The position numbers were made by a program, and so were the translations under genes. DNA of 64,000 bases from Candidatus Multivoradales bacterium (GTDB lineage Bacteria > Acidobacteriota > Thermoanaerobaculia > Multivoradales > J023), in the NCBI GenBank assembly GCA_965248925.1, contig CBDFLE010000006.1, forward strand, positions 1,856,001-1,920,000. Reading direction: 5' to 3'. The notes under the pieces were generated by a model. It was not told where the DNA came from, did not search any database, and saw only the letters and a list, made by a program, of their open reading frames with translations. This document shows, piece by piece, positions 45,238-54,366 of the stretch. Numbering within the stretch: position 1 is the first letter of the stretch; each line of letters begins with the position of its first letter.

Positions 45238-46443
45238 ATGGCGAGCTTCGTCTGGAAGGGCCGAACCACAGCCGGCAAGATCGAACAAGGTGTGTTGGTG
45301 GCGGACTCCCGCGACTCCGCCGGCGCCATCTTGCGCCGCCAACGTATCCAGGTCACCAGCTTGCGCGAGAAAGAGCGCCGCATCCCACTGTTGCCGAAGT
45401 TTGGCGGCAGCGTCAACTCTAAGTCCCTGGCGATCTTCACCCGTCAGTTCTCGGTCATGCTGGATGCCGGCCTGCCGCTGGTCCAATGCCTGGAGATCCT
45501 CGGCGCGCAAGAAGAGGACAAGCGCTTCAAGGAGATCATCAACTCGGTCCGCACGGACGTCGAGAGTGGCACCTCCCTGGCCGAAGCGATGAAGCGCCAT
45601 CCCGCAGCGTTCGATAACCTCTACGTCAACATGATCGCCGCTGGCGAAGCTGGCGGTATCCTCGACATCATCCTGCAACGCCTGTCGACCTACATCGAGA
45701 AGTCGGTGAAGCTCAAAGGACAGGTGAAAGCCGCTTTGATTTACCCGGTAACGGTCATCGTCATCGCCGCCGGAGTGGTGTTCATCATCTTGTGGAAAGT
45801 CATCCCGACCTTCGAACAACTGTTCGCCGGCCTCGGTGCGCGGCTGCCCTACCTGACCCGCGTGGTGGTGGCGGCCAGTGAATTCGTCGGCTCCTATGCG
45901 GTTTGGATAATCCTCTTTATCGTGCTGTCCTCGGTCGCTCTGAGCCAATGGCACAAGACCTACCGTGGGCGGCGAATGATCGACGCCGCTTCGCTGCGCA
46001 TTCCGATTATCGGCATGCTGCTGCGCAAGATCGCCATCGCCCGCTTTTGCCGCACCTTGGCGACCTTGACCTCGAGCGGCGTGCCGATTCTCGATGGCTT
46101 GGAGATTACCGCCAGGACCTCGGGCAATGCGGTGATCGAAGACTCGGTGATGAGTGTCCGCAAGAGCGTCGAAGAAGGCAAGACGATCAGTGGACCCCTT
46201 GGAGAAACCAAGGTCTTCCCGCCGATGGTGGTGCAGATGATCGGCGTCGGCGAGCAGACTGGTGCCCTCGATCAAATGCTGTCCAAGATCGCTGATTTCT
46301 ACGAAGAAGAGGTCGACACCGCGGTCGCCGGCTTGATGAAACTGATTGAACCGTTAATGATCGTCTTCCTCGGTGTCGTCATCGGTGTCATCGTCACCGC
46401 CATGTACCTGCCGATGTACTCATTGATCTCGCAGATCGGCTAG
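45238..46443 (+). CDS. pilC: Type IV pilus platform protein (GspF family)
   Basis: FTRQFSVMLDAGLPL, AGEAGG, GEQTGALD, AMYLPM. Confidence 0.96.
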   Translation: MASFVWKGRTTAGKIEQGVLVADSRDSAGAILRRQRIQVTSLREKERRIPLLPKFGGSVNSKSLAIFTRQFSVMLDAGLPLVQCLEILGAQEEDKRFKEIINSVRTDVESGTSLAEAMKRHPAAFDNLYVNMIAAGEAGGILDIILQRLSTYIEKSVKLKGQVKAALIYPVTVIVIAAGVVFIILWKVIPTFEQLFAGLGARLPYLTRVVVAASEFVGSYAVWIILFIVLSSVALSQWHKTYRGRRMIDAASLRIPIIGMLLRKIAIARFCRTLATLTSSGVPILDGLEITARTSGNAVIEDSVMSVRKSVEEGKTISGPLGETKVFPPMVVQMIGVGEQTGALDQMLSKIADFYEEEVDTAVAGLMKLIEPLMIVFLGVVIGVIVTAMYLPMYSLISQIG

Positions 46444-46489
46444 CAAATACGACCGGCGCGCTCCGTCCGGCGCCGGTCTAGGAGCCTCC

Positions 46490-48283
46490 TTGCCAGAGCT
46501 CGACAAGAAGCTCCGCCTGCTGATTGCCTACCGCGTGCTGGTAGTGCTCAGCATTGCTCTACCCTACTTTCTTTACCAAGCCAGCATCTTTCCTTCACGC
46601 GCCGCCAAAGCCACCGCCCATGCCGCGGGCGTGGTCCGGAGCGAGGGACCGGAGCAAGCTGGCGCCGCCGCCGAACAGCCGCTCGAAGGACCGCCAGAGA
46701 GGACCGCGGCCAGCGGTTTCTATGGCGCTATGGCGCTCGACACTCGACAAGGGCAAGCCCTGCGCTTCGTCATTGCTCTTGTGTCGATTCAAACCCTGCT
46801 TTACATTGCCATATCGCGCCTGATGCCAGCCCGGCACGCCTTGCAGGCCTACCTCCAGTTTTTTGGCGATTTATTGCTGATTACCCTATTGATTCCCCGC
46901 CTTGGCGATCCCGCGGGTAGCTTCTCGATCCTCTATCTGGTGACCATCAGTGTTGCGGCGGTGATCCTGCGCCGCTCGGCGGCGCTGTTCGTCGCTGGCG
47001 GCGCCATGCTGATGTTCAGCGCCATGCTGATTCTATTGGCGAGCCCCTTCGCGGACGCGCTGCCGATCCACTTGGCCGGTTTCTACGGCCCCTTCGAGAT
47101 GCTGAGCAAAGTCGAGCTGAGCAAGACACTACTGACCCATTTTGGCGGTTTCTTCGGCGTCGCCGTGCTGACTTCCTACCTGGCCCAAAACGTCGCCCGA
47201 GCCGAGGAACAGCTGCATGAAAAACACCTTCGCTTAGAAGCTCTACAACGCCTCCACCGCGACATCGTACAGTCGGTCTCGAGCGGCTTGATCACCACTG
47301 ATCTGAGCGGACGCATCACCAGCCTGAACCGCTCTGGTGGCGAGATCCTAGGCACCATAGAGAGTGAAGTACTAGGCCAGCCAATCACCTCCACCGGCCT
47401 GTTCGACAGCGCTCTCTGGCACCGCCTGACCCACACCGAGCAAGCGAATCAACGCACCGAGGTCGAACTAAACCGCGATGGCGAAACCACTTACGTCGGC
47501 TACCATCTGAACCACTTGCGCGACCCCGAGGGTGCCGGGCGGGGCTTTAGCTTGATATTCCAGGACTTGTCGCAACACCGCAAGATGCAAGAAAGACTGC
47601 GGATCAGCGACCGAATGGCGGCAGTCGGCGAGATGGCGGCCGGCCTAGCCCATGAGGTGGGCAATCCGCTGGCGGCGATCTCGGGCTCGGTGCAGATGAT
47701 GGCCGCTTCAGAGGACACGGACCCAGCCCGTCGCAAACTGCTCGAAATCACCCTCAGAGAGAGCCAGCGGCTGGACCGCACGGTTAAGCAGTTCCTCAAG
47801 TTCGCCACCCCGCGCGAACGCCACCCAACCCGCTTCGACATCGCCAGGCTGCTGGTTGAAGAGATTGCCTTGCTCAGCAACAGTGACGAGATTGACGAGC
47901 GGCACCGTATCGATGCCGTCATGAATCCGCGCAGCGCCATGGTAACCGCCGACCCGGACCAGATCAGTCAGATTTTCTGGAACCTGGCCCGCAACGCGCT
48001 CAAGGCAATGCCCGACGGCGGCACTCTGACGGTGAGTGGGCGCCTGCAAGAGGACCTTTACCAGATCGAGTTCAGCGACACCGGCAGCGGAATGACACCC
48101 GAAGAGCGCACCAATCTGTTCCACCCCTTCAAGTCGTTTTTCGATGTAGGCTCGGGCATCGGCATGGCTATTGTTTACCGGATCGTCGAAGAACACGGCG
48201 GCGCCATTCATATTGACAGTGAGCCCGGCAGGGGTTCCGTCATCCGTGTCGATCTGCCGGCCAGAACGAGTCCCAAGACCTGA
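46490..48283 (+). CDS. pilS: PilS-like sensor histidine kinase with PAS domain
   Basis: TM domain, PAS, LAHEVGNPL, NLARNA, DTGSG, GSGIGM; located between pilC and pilR. Confidence 0.88.
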   Translation: MPELDKKLRLLIAYRVLVVLSIALPYFLYQASIFPSRAAKATAHAAGVVRSEGPEQAGAAAEQPLEGPPERTAASGFYGAMALDTRQGQALRFVIALVSIQTLLYIAISRLMPARHALQAYLQFFGDLLLITLLIPRLGDPAGSFSILYLVTISVAAVILRRSAALFVAGGAMLMFSAMLILLASPFADALPIHLAGFYGPFEMLSKVELSKTLLTHFGGFFGVAVLTSYLAQNVARAEEQLHEKHLRLEALQRLHRDIVQSVSSGLITTDLSGRITSLNRSGGEILGTIESEVLGQPITSTGLFDSALWHRLTHTEQANQRTEVELNRDGETTYVGYHLNHLRDPEGAGRGFSLIFQDLSQHRKMQERLRISDRMAAVGEMAAGLAHEVGNPLAAISGSVQMMAASEDTDPARRKLLEITLRESQRLDRTVKQFLKFATPRERHPTRFDIARLLVEEIALLSNSDEIDERHRIDAVMNPRSAMVTADPDQISQIFWNLARNALKAMPDGGTLTVSGRLQEDLYQIEFSDTGSGMTPEERTNLFHPFKSFFDVGSGIGMAIVYRIVEEHGGAIHIDSEPGRGSVIRVDLPARTSPKT

Positions 48284-48301
48284 AATGAAGAGGTAAAGGC
48301 G

Positions 48302-49720
48302 TTGAAAGCTCGGATCCTGATTGTTGACGACGAGGCCAGTCTCCTCGAATTTCTGCACCTGCTGTTCGAGGAGGAGGGCTACAGCGTATGCCCTGCAGGC
48401 TCGGTCAAGCAGGCACGCCAGCGCATCACCGAAGATAACTTCGATCTGGTGCTCTGCGACATCTTGATGCCAGACGGCAATGGCCTCGAATTGCTGCGCG
48501 AAATCAAGGAAGTATCACCCTCGACAGCGGTGATCATGATGACCGCCTACACCTCCACCAAATCAGCGATCGAGGCGATGAAACTCGGCGCCTACAACTA
48601 TCTGTCGAAACCGTTCGATGTCGAAGAACTCAAGGTTGTTGCCCAGCAAGCGCTGGAGAAGACCGGCCTCGAAGCCGAGAACGTCTACTTGCGGCGCGAA
48701 CTCGAGCAGCGGTATCAGTTCTCCAACATCATTGGCCGCAGCCCGAAGATGCAGGAGATCTTCTCGCTCATCGAGCGGGTCGCGAAGACCCACTCGACGG
48801 TCTTGGTGGGCGGTGAGTCGGGCACCGGTAAGGAGCTGATCGCCCGCGCCATTCACTTCTCCGGACCACGGGCCAACGACCGTTTCCTGTCGATCAACTG
48901 CGGCGCACTGCCCGAAAACCTGCTCGAATCAGAGCTATTCGGGCACGAGAAGGGCGCTTTCACCGGCGCCGTACGAGAGAAGAAGGGTCTGTTTCAAGAG
49001 GCCCATCAAGGAACCCTATTCCTCGACGAAATCGGCGAGATGTCGCCGTCGATGCAGGTGAAACTGCTGCGAGTACTGCAAGAGAAAAAGATCCGGCGGG
49101 TCGGCGGCAACGAGGAAGAGGCGATCGATGTGCGGATCATCGCCGCCACCAACCGCGATCTTGAAGAACGTATCGCCGAAGGCAATTTCCGCGAAGACTT
49201 GTTCTACCGCATCAACGTCATCCCCATTCGGCTGCCACCCCTGCGCCAGCGACGCGAGGACATTCCGTTGTTGGCGGAATTCTTCATCGACAAATACTCG
49301 CGCGAACTCGGCTTGGCAACGAGACCGATCTCGATGGCTGCTCTCCAGGTGCTGGAGGGTTACGACTGGCCCGGCAACGTGCGTGAACTCGAGAATACTG
49401 TTGAACGCGCACTGGCCCTATCGACCTCCGAAACCCTGACCACCAAAGACCTGCCGATCAACATCCTGTCGAAGAATCAGCGCCCCGCAGAGGCTCTGGA
49501 GTTGCCCGAAGAGGGCCTCGACCTCGAATGCTATCTCGACAACATTCGTGGCCAGTTGATGGGCCTGGCCTTGGATCGTTGTGGCGGCGTGCAGACCCAG
49601 GCTGCCCAGCTCTTGGGAATGACCTTTCGTTCCTTTCGCTACTACGCAAAGAAACTTGGTCTGACCGGCGTCGCTGCCGACTCCGGCAGTGAAATAGAGT
49701 ATCCCGCACCAGCCAAGTGA
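48302..49720 (+). CDS. pilR: PilR-like sigma54-dependent response regulator
   Basis: Receiver domain, GESGTGKE, GAFTGA, WPGNVREL, LLGMTFRSFRY. Confidence 0.92.
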   Translation: MKARILIVDDEASLLEFLHLLFEEEGYSVCPAGSVKQARQRITEDNFDLVLCDILMPDGNGLELLREIKEVSPSTAVIMMTAYTSTKSAIEAMKLGAYNYLSKPFDVEELKVVAQQALEKTGLEAENVYLRRELEQRYQFSNIIGRSPKMQEIFSLIERVAKTHSTVLVGGESGTGKELIARAIHFSGPRANDRFLSINCGALPENLLESELFGHEKGAFTGAVREKKGLFQEAHQGTLFLDEIGEMSPSMQVKLLRVLQEKKIRRVGGNEEEAIDVRIIAATNRDLEERIAEGNFREDLFYRINVIPIRLPPLRQRREDIPLLAEFFIDKYSRELGLATRPISMAALQVLEGYDWPGNVRELENTVERALALSTSETLTTKDLPINILSKNQRPAEALELPEEGLDLECYLDNIRGQLMGLALDRCGGVQTQAAQLLGMTFRSFRYYAKKLGLTGVAADSGSEIEYPAPAK

Positions 49721-49814
49721 AGCTCATCGCCGCGCGAACCGGCGCGGCACGGGGGCCGTCAGCGCGCCTTTCTTGCTCGTAGCAGTCGCTGCTGGCAAAT
49801 TGCGGATGGCGTGA

Positions 49815-49849
49815 TGTTGTAGGGCAGCAATTCGCGCCTAGTCTAGTAG
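49815..49849 (+). promoter_or_regulatory. Conserved motif TGTTG-N15-CGCCTA-N3-TAGTAG, copy A; candidate ECF promoter
   Basis: The same three boxes with the same spacing recur at 54271-54305 upstream of the paralogous gene. Confidence 0.7.
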
Positions 49850-49982
49850 CAGCATTTGAGCCATCTCTGAGACAATCTACCCCTGAGACCTAGAGCAGTG
49901 ACCACCGCTCCGCACCCGGCAAAGAACCGGGGCGGCGCCGCAATGGCGCAGCTGGAGAGTCTCTTCGCAAAGGAGGAAGACC

Positions 49983-51482
49983 ATGCCTTACCTGTCTCTC
50001 GCTACTAGTTCGCCGTCAAGCTGCCATCGATCAGCTGCCGTGATTGGAGCCCTTCTGCTGACCTTGACTCTCGGCCCGGCCCACCTCGGCGCTCAACCTT
50101 ACCTCGCCGAGATCCTCGAAGCCCAGGCCCTCGACAACGACCTCGAGGTTTGGCTGGTGTGGCTCTCGGGCGCCGTGCAGGACGGCAGCGAGTTGGTCGC
50201 TCGCCACGAAGACGGAAGCAAGATCCTCGCCGTACCTATCACCACGATCCCCATTCAACAGGACGGGAACGAAAGCCCTGGCACCCCGTTGGCCCGCACC
50301 ACCACCAGCAAGCCCGTGTTGGCACCCAGCAAGCAAACCCCCGACTTGATCACCGAACCTCAAGCCGTGCCCTATGTACTGCCCAACCTGCTAGGGCTGA
50401 CCCTCCAGACGCATCTGGATCTGACGGTCGAGGACGGTCAGGGCAACAGACTGAGCCCAGTCTTGCCGATCATTGTCGGCCTGGTAACCGGTCCCAATGG
50501 CTGTGACAAGGAGGTACAATCCGGCATCGACACCAACGCCGTGTTAATCAGCCAAGCGCTGAGCGAGGTGCTCGACACCTACCCTTACTACGATCTACTG
50601 CAGGACCTACAAGAGATCGAGAGTAGCTACCCGGAACTTAGCTGCGACATCGAGAATTTGCAGACCTACCTGCTGCGCCTTCTCTCCCAGATGGGCAAGC
50701 TGGATCCCAGCGCCGACGGCAAACTGGCTTGCACCTACTTTTGGCAAGCCATGCTGAGCGGCAACCTCGAAAATCGGCCGATTTATCGCGGTCCCTACAG
50801 GCCCTCTCCAGATTTCGTGCACGACATCATGCCGGGCTTCGCCGAGGTCGGCGGCTACGAAGCCAGGTCACCACACTGCGTCACAGCTCGGGCACAGGGC
50901 AGGGAAGACAGCCCGAACGGCGGTGCGGAGATCTTCTATGAAAGCGAGTCGGCCGACCTGCAGCTGAACGTTCATTTCGCCACTCGCCGCTGGACCGGTA
51001 GCCAGGACATCTGCGGTACTTGCGCTGGATCGGTGCTCTACGGCGCCGCCTATTCGGCCTCGACCCTCGCCCTGTTGGATCAGACCTTCGGCACGGGCAC
51101 CGCCTCCGCCAGCACCACACAGACGGTCACTTTCTTGACTGACGCCAACCTGGTTTCGAGCGTGACCGTCGCCGCCGAAGTGAGTTCCACCCCACCTTTG
51201 GGTGATTTCGACTACGAACTGTCCACCAAGGCTACTCGCGCGCCGGCGGTCTCCCAACCCGCCCAAGGCACCCTCACCGTGACCGCCACCTCCAGCTCCA
51301 GCTCTACAACCCTCGCCACGGCCGAGTACCGACTCGACTACTTCTGGCTGATCAAGGCCGAGGCCAGCTGCGCGGCCTTGCCGGTGGTGGACATGACAAT
51401 GAAATCGGTGCCGCTCGAGTACCACGGGGCCATCGACCCCGCCGGCGGTGGTACCCGGATCAAGCTACAACGCTATCCCTAG
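49983..51482 (+). CDS. Secreted Cys-containing protein of unknown family, paralogue A
   Basis: AAGGAGG RBS, signal peptide ending AHLGA, collinear similarity to 54367..55776. Confidence 0.85.
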   Translation: MPYLSLATSSPSSCHRSAAVIGALLLTLTLGPAHLGAQPYLAEILEAQALDNDLEVWLVWLSGAVQDGSELVARHEDGSKILAVPITTIPIQQDGNESPGTPLARTTTSKPVLAPSKQTPDLITEPQAVPYVLPNLLGLTLQTHLDLTVEDGQGNRLSPVLPIIVGLVTGPNGCDKEVQSGIDTNAVLISQALSEVLDTYPYYDLLQDLQEIESSYPELSCDIENLQTYLLRLLSQMGKLDPSADGKLACTYFWQAMLSGNLENRPIYRGPYRPSPDFVHDIMPGFAEVGGYEARSPHCVTARAQGREDSPNGGAEIFYESESADLQLNVHFATRRWTGSQDICGTCAGSVLYGAAYSASTLALLDQTFGTGTASASTTQTVTFLTDANLVSSVTVAAEVSSTPPLGDFDYELSTKATRAPAVSQPAQGTLTVTATSSSSSTTLATAEYRLDYFWLIKAEASCAALPVVDMTMKSVPLEYHGAIDPAGGGTRIKLQRYP

Positions 51483-54113
51483 GCTGCTTCCTGCTGCCAG
51501 CCAGCGGCGATAGGGAGCGGCGGCCAACGGTTCGCCGCTCCCCTCGTAGAGTTCCGCCAGGCCTTCGGCCAGCAGCCGCTGAGCTGGCGAGATCTGCCGT
51601 GTCGACGGCTCCGAATCCACCTCCAGATCGGCAGCGATTTCCCGCAAACCCCCGCGCAGCAGAGCCGCTGCCGGCTCGGACTTGCCCGAACCGATCAGAC
51701 AATGGGCTAGCGCTCCCAGCGCCTCAGCGATGGCCAGTGGGCCAGCACCCGCGGCACGGCGTAAATTGACTGCTTCGCGCAGCAGACCCTCGCCGCCTTC
51801 GAACTCCTGGCGACCGGCCTCGAAACGACCAAAATCGAGCAAAAATCGGCCGGCCCAGAATTCTGGTAGCCGGTTTTGGCGATGCCAGGCGAGCACCCGC
51901 TCATAGAGGACCGAGGCGGCCCGGTCTTGATGCAGTGCCGCCAAGGCGTTGGCCAGGCTGTGACTGGTGCCGATGGTGTCTCGATGCTCAGCCCCCAAGA
52001 CCTTCCGCTAGATTCCCAAGGCCCGCTCCAGGATCTCGGAGGCTTCGTCGTAACGACCACTGTCGACCAACAACGAACCGAGGTTGTGCCAGGCGGCAGC
52101 AATGTCCGGGTGAAACTCGGAGAGCGTCTCTTGCTTCAGCGTCAGCAGTTCGCGATACAACTTCTCGGCTTCGCCGAGGCGCCCCTGGTCGTGGACGATC
52201 ACCGCCAGATTGTTGAGCGTCGTCACCGTATCGATGTCCTCGTCGCCGAGTTGTGAACGCTGGATGGCCAACGCTTCGCGGGTCTGGGACTCCGCCAGAT
52301 CAAGGTCGCTTGAGCGGACGATGGCCGCCAAACTGCAAAGGTTGCGGGCGGTTTTCGGGTGATTTGGACCCAGTACTCGGCGACGGATGTCCAAGGATCG
52401 TTGCAGTAGGCGCCGAGCCTCCTCCTCATGACCGAACTCGTGGTGCAAGGCGCCATAGGCATTCAAGGCATCAGCGGTTTGGCGAGATCGCTCGCCATAG
52501 AGCTCTCGCGCCATCTCGAGAGCTCTTTCAGCTAGTGGCATGGCTGCTTCATAGGCTCCCATGCCACGGTAGATCCCCTGCAACGTCGACAATAGCTGGA
52601 GTTGCACTCTAGGCTTTCCTCCGAGCTCCAGATCGAGTCGGGCGACACCGCGCTCGAGCATCTCAACCGGCCCCAAAGGCTCGCCGCCGACCTCGTGCGG
52701 ATCGGCCGATTCAAACACCGATTGCAGGTAGGCCACCGCCGCCTGCGCCTGGTCGCGTTCTCTGGCCAAGCGCACAGTGAAAAAAGTCAACTGACCCGCC
52801 AGCAACAGACTCAGCACACCAGCCACCACCAGCCCGGTGCGATGGCGACGGAGGTACTTCTGCAACCTGTACGCCATCGTCGCCCGCCGTGCCCGCACCG
52901 GCAACCCTTGGCAGTGACGGCGGATGTCGGCGGAGAGTTGCTCGACGGAGCCGTAGCGCCGCTCCGGCTCCTTGCGCATCGCTTCGAGCACGATGTTGTC
53001 CAGGTCACCAGTTAGACGGCGTCGCAAAAGCCGCGGTTCGAGCGGCGGCCGAGCCATTCGCGAGGAATCGAAGTCGCTGCTGGCGCGAGCGATCTCGGTA
53101 CTCTCTTCAGGCAGGCCGATGACCGTGCTGGGACGTTCAGGCTCGGTCTCGCAGATCGCCCGCTCGAGCTCTCGCGGATGGTCGCTATTCAGCCGGTAAG
53201 GCAGCTGCCCGGTGAGCATCAGGAAGAGCAGCACTCCCAAGGAGTACACATCGCTAGTAGTGGTCAGGGGTAGGCCCAAGACTTGCTCCGGGCTGGCATA
53301 GCGCGGGCTCAGCAGCCGCATCCCTGGAGCGGTGCGAATCAGGCTCTCGACACCGGGCTCGGGACGCACCTCCTTGGCGATACCAAAGTCGAGCAGCTTG
53401 GGAACCCCCTCCCGGGTGACCAGGATGTTCGACGGCTTCAGATCACGATGTATGATCAGATTCTGGTGGGCGTAGTGCACCGCCGAGCAAACCAGCCGAA
53501 AGAGATCCAAACGGGCGACCACGCTCAGCCCATGGCGATCACAGAAGCGGTCAATCGGCAGACCGTCGATATACTCCATGACAAAGAAGGGCAGACCTTC
53601 CGCGGTGGTGCCGCCATCGAGCAAGCGAGAAATATTGGGATGGTCCAAGGAGGCCAAGATCTGCCGTTCCTGGCGCAGGCGGTTGAGGATGTCCTCGGTG
53701 TCCATGCCGCGACGAACCACCTTGATCGCCACCTGCATGCGAAACTGATCGTCATCGCGCTCACCCAGATAGACGGTCGACAGCCCACCACGGCCCAGTT
53801 CACGCAACACCCGGTAGGAGCCGATCTTCTTCGGCACCTCGGAGCCAAGTTCATCCGCGGCCAGTGCCAAGGTGTGGCGAATAACGTCTTCAAACCGCCC
53901 CTCGGCCTTGTCGCTCGCCTCGAGCAAGCCTTTGGTGCGGCGGTGCAGATCCACATCGTCACCACATTGCTGGGCGAGAAACCGTGGCCGTTCAGCGGCC
54001 GGCAGCTCGATGGCGGCATAGAAGAGGTCTTGCATCTGCTGCCAACGTTCTGGTGCCAGATGTGTTCTCGGCCTCTCGCCTCCCGGCTCTTTCGACTCTC
54101 CGTCCCTGCTCAC
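51465..54113 (-). pseudogene. Ser/Thr kinase-TM-TPR protein B interrupted by one in-frame TAG at 52010-52008 (nonsense allele, sequence error or read-through)
   Basis: ORFs 52008..54113 and 51465..51998 share a frame (ALGI*RKVLGAEHRDTIG), and both parts align to the intact paralogue 55786..58317. Kinase motifs VAIK, HRDLKPSN, DFG and YASPEQ are intact. Confidence 0.8.
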
Positions 54114-54270
54114 GGTCTGACCTCCAGACTCTGCTGTGACGATCCCTGACGGCGGGTTTACCGTCCGGCAATCTTCTCATCCGTTGCCCCACAAACCACC
54201 ACTCCGCACAAAGCAAAGGGAAAAATGCGGCAGTTGAACACCAGTTCGCTACTCGCCAAAAATCGACTGG

Positions 54271-54305
54271 TGTTGCCGCACCGATCCTTACGCCTACCTT
54301 AGTAG
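54271..54305 (+). promoter_or_regulatory. Conserved motif TGTTG-N15-CGCCTA-N3-TAGTAG, copy B; candidate ECF promoter
   Basis: tgttg ccgcaccgatcctta cgccta cct tagtag; matches 49815-49849. Confidence 0.7.
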
Positions 54306-54366
54306 TGCAATAAATCAGAAGCCGAGCTGAGGGCAGGCTAGACCTTGATCACAAAGGAGAGAACGC

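Noticed and set aside
44881-46275. 464-aa minus-strand ORF and similar long shadow ORFs (e.g. 7148..8065, 11830..12807, 15776..16810, 34635..35663, 53283..54149)
   Set aside because: They lie antisense to well-supported genes and show no recognisable motifs. They are expected from codon bias in GC-rich DNA.
46451-46478. GC hairpin between pilC and pilS, and another at 49729-49748 after pilR
   Set aside because: No adjacent U-tract, so they cannot be called terminators. They may be stability hairpins.
49790-49822. PilR-dependent sigma54 promoter upstream of secreted protein A
   Set aside because: TGGCAAATTGC and TGGCGTGATGTTGT do not give GG-N10-GC spacing.
49895-49975. Possible c-di-GMP-I riboswitch in the leader of secreted protein A (GGCAAA...GCAA hairpins)
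   Set aside because: The GNRA tetraloop/receptor and conserved P1-P2 architecture could not be matched by eye. An Infernal/Rfam search would settle it.
52008-52010. Genome-wide TAG reassignment
   Set aside because: TAG ends several well-defined genes at their expected C-termini (e.g. pilT, pilC, miaE), so it is a normal stop here.
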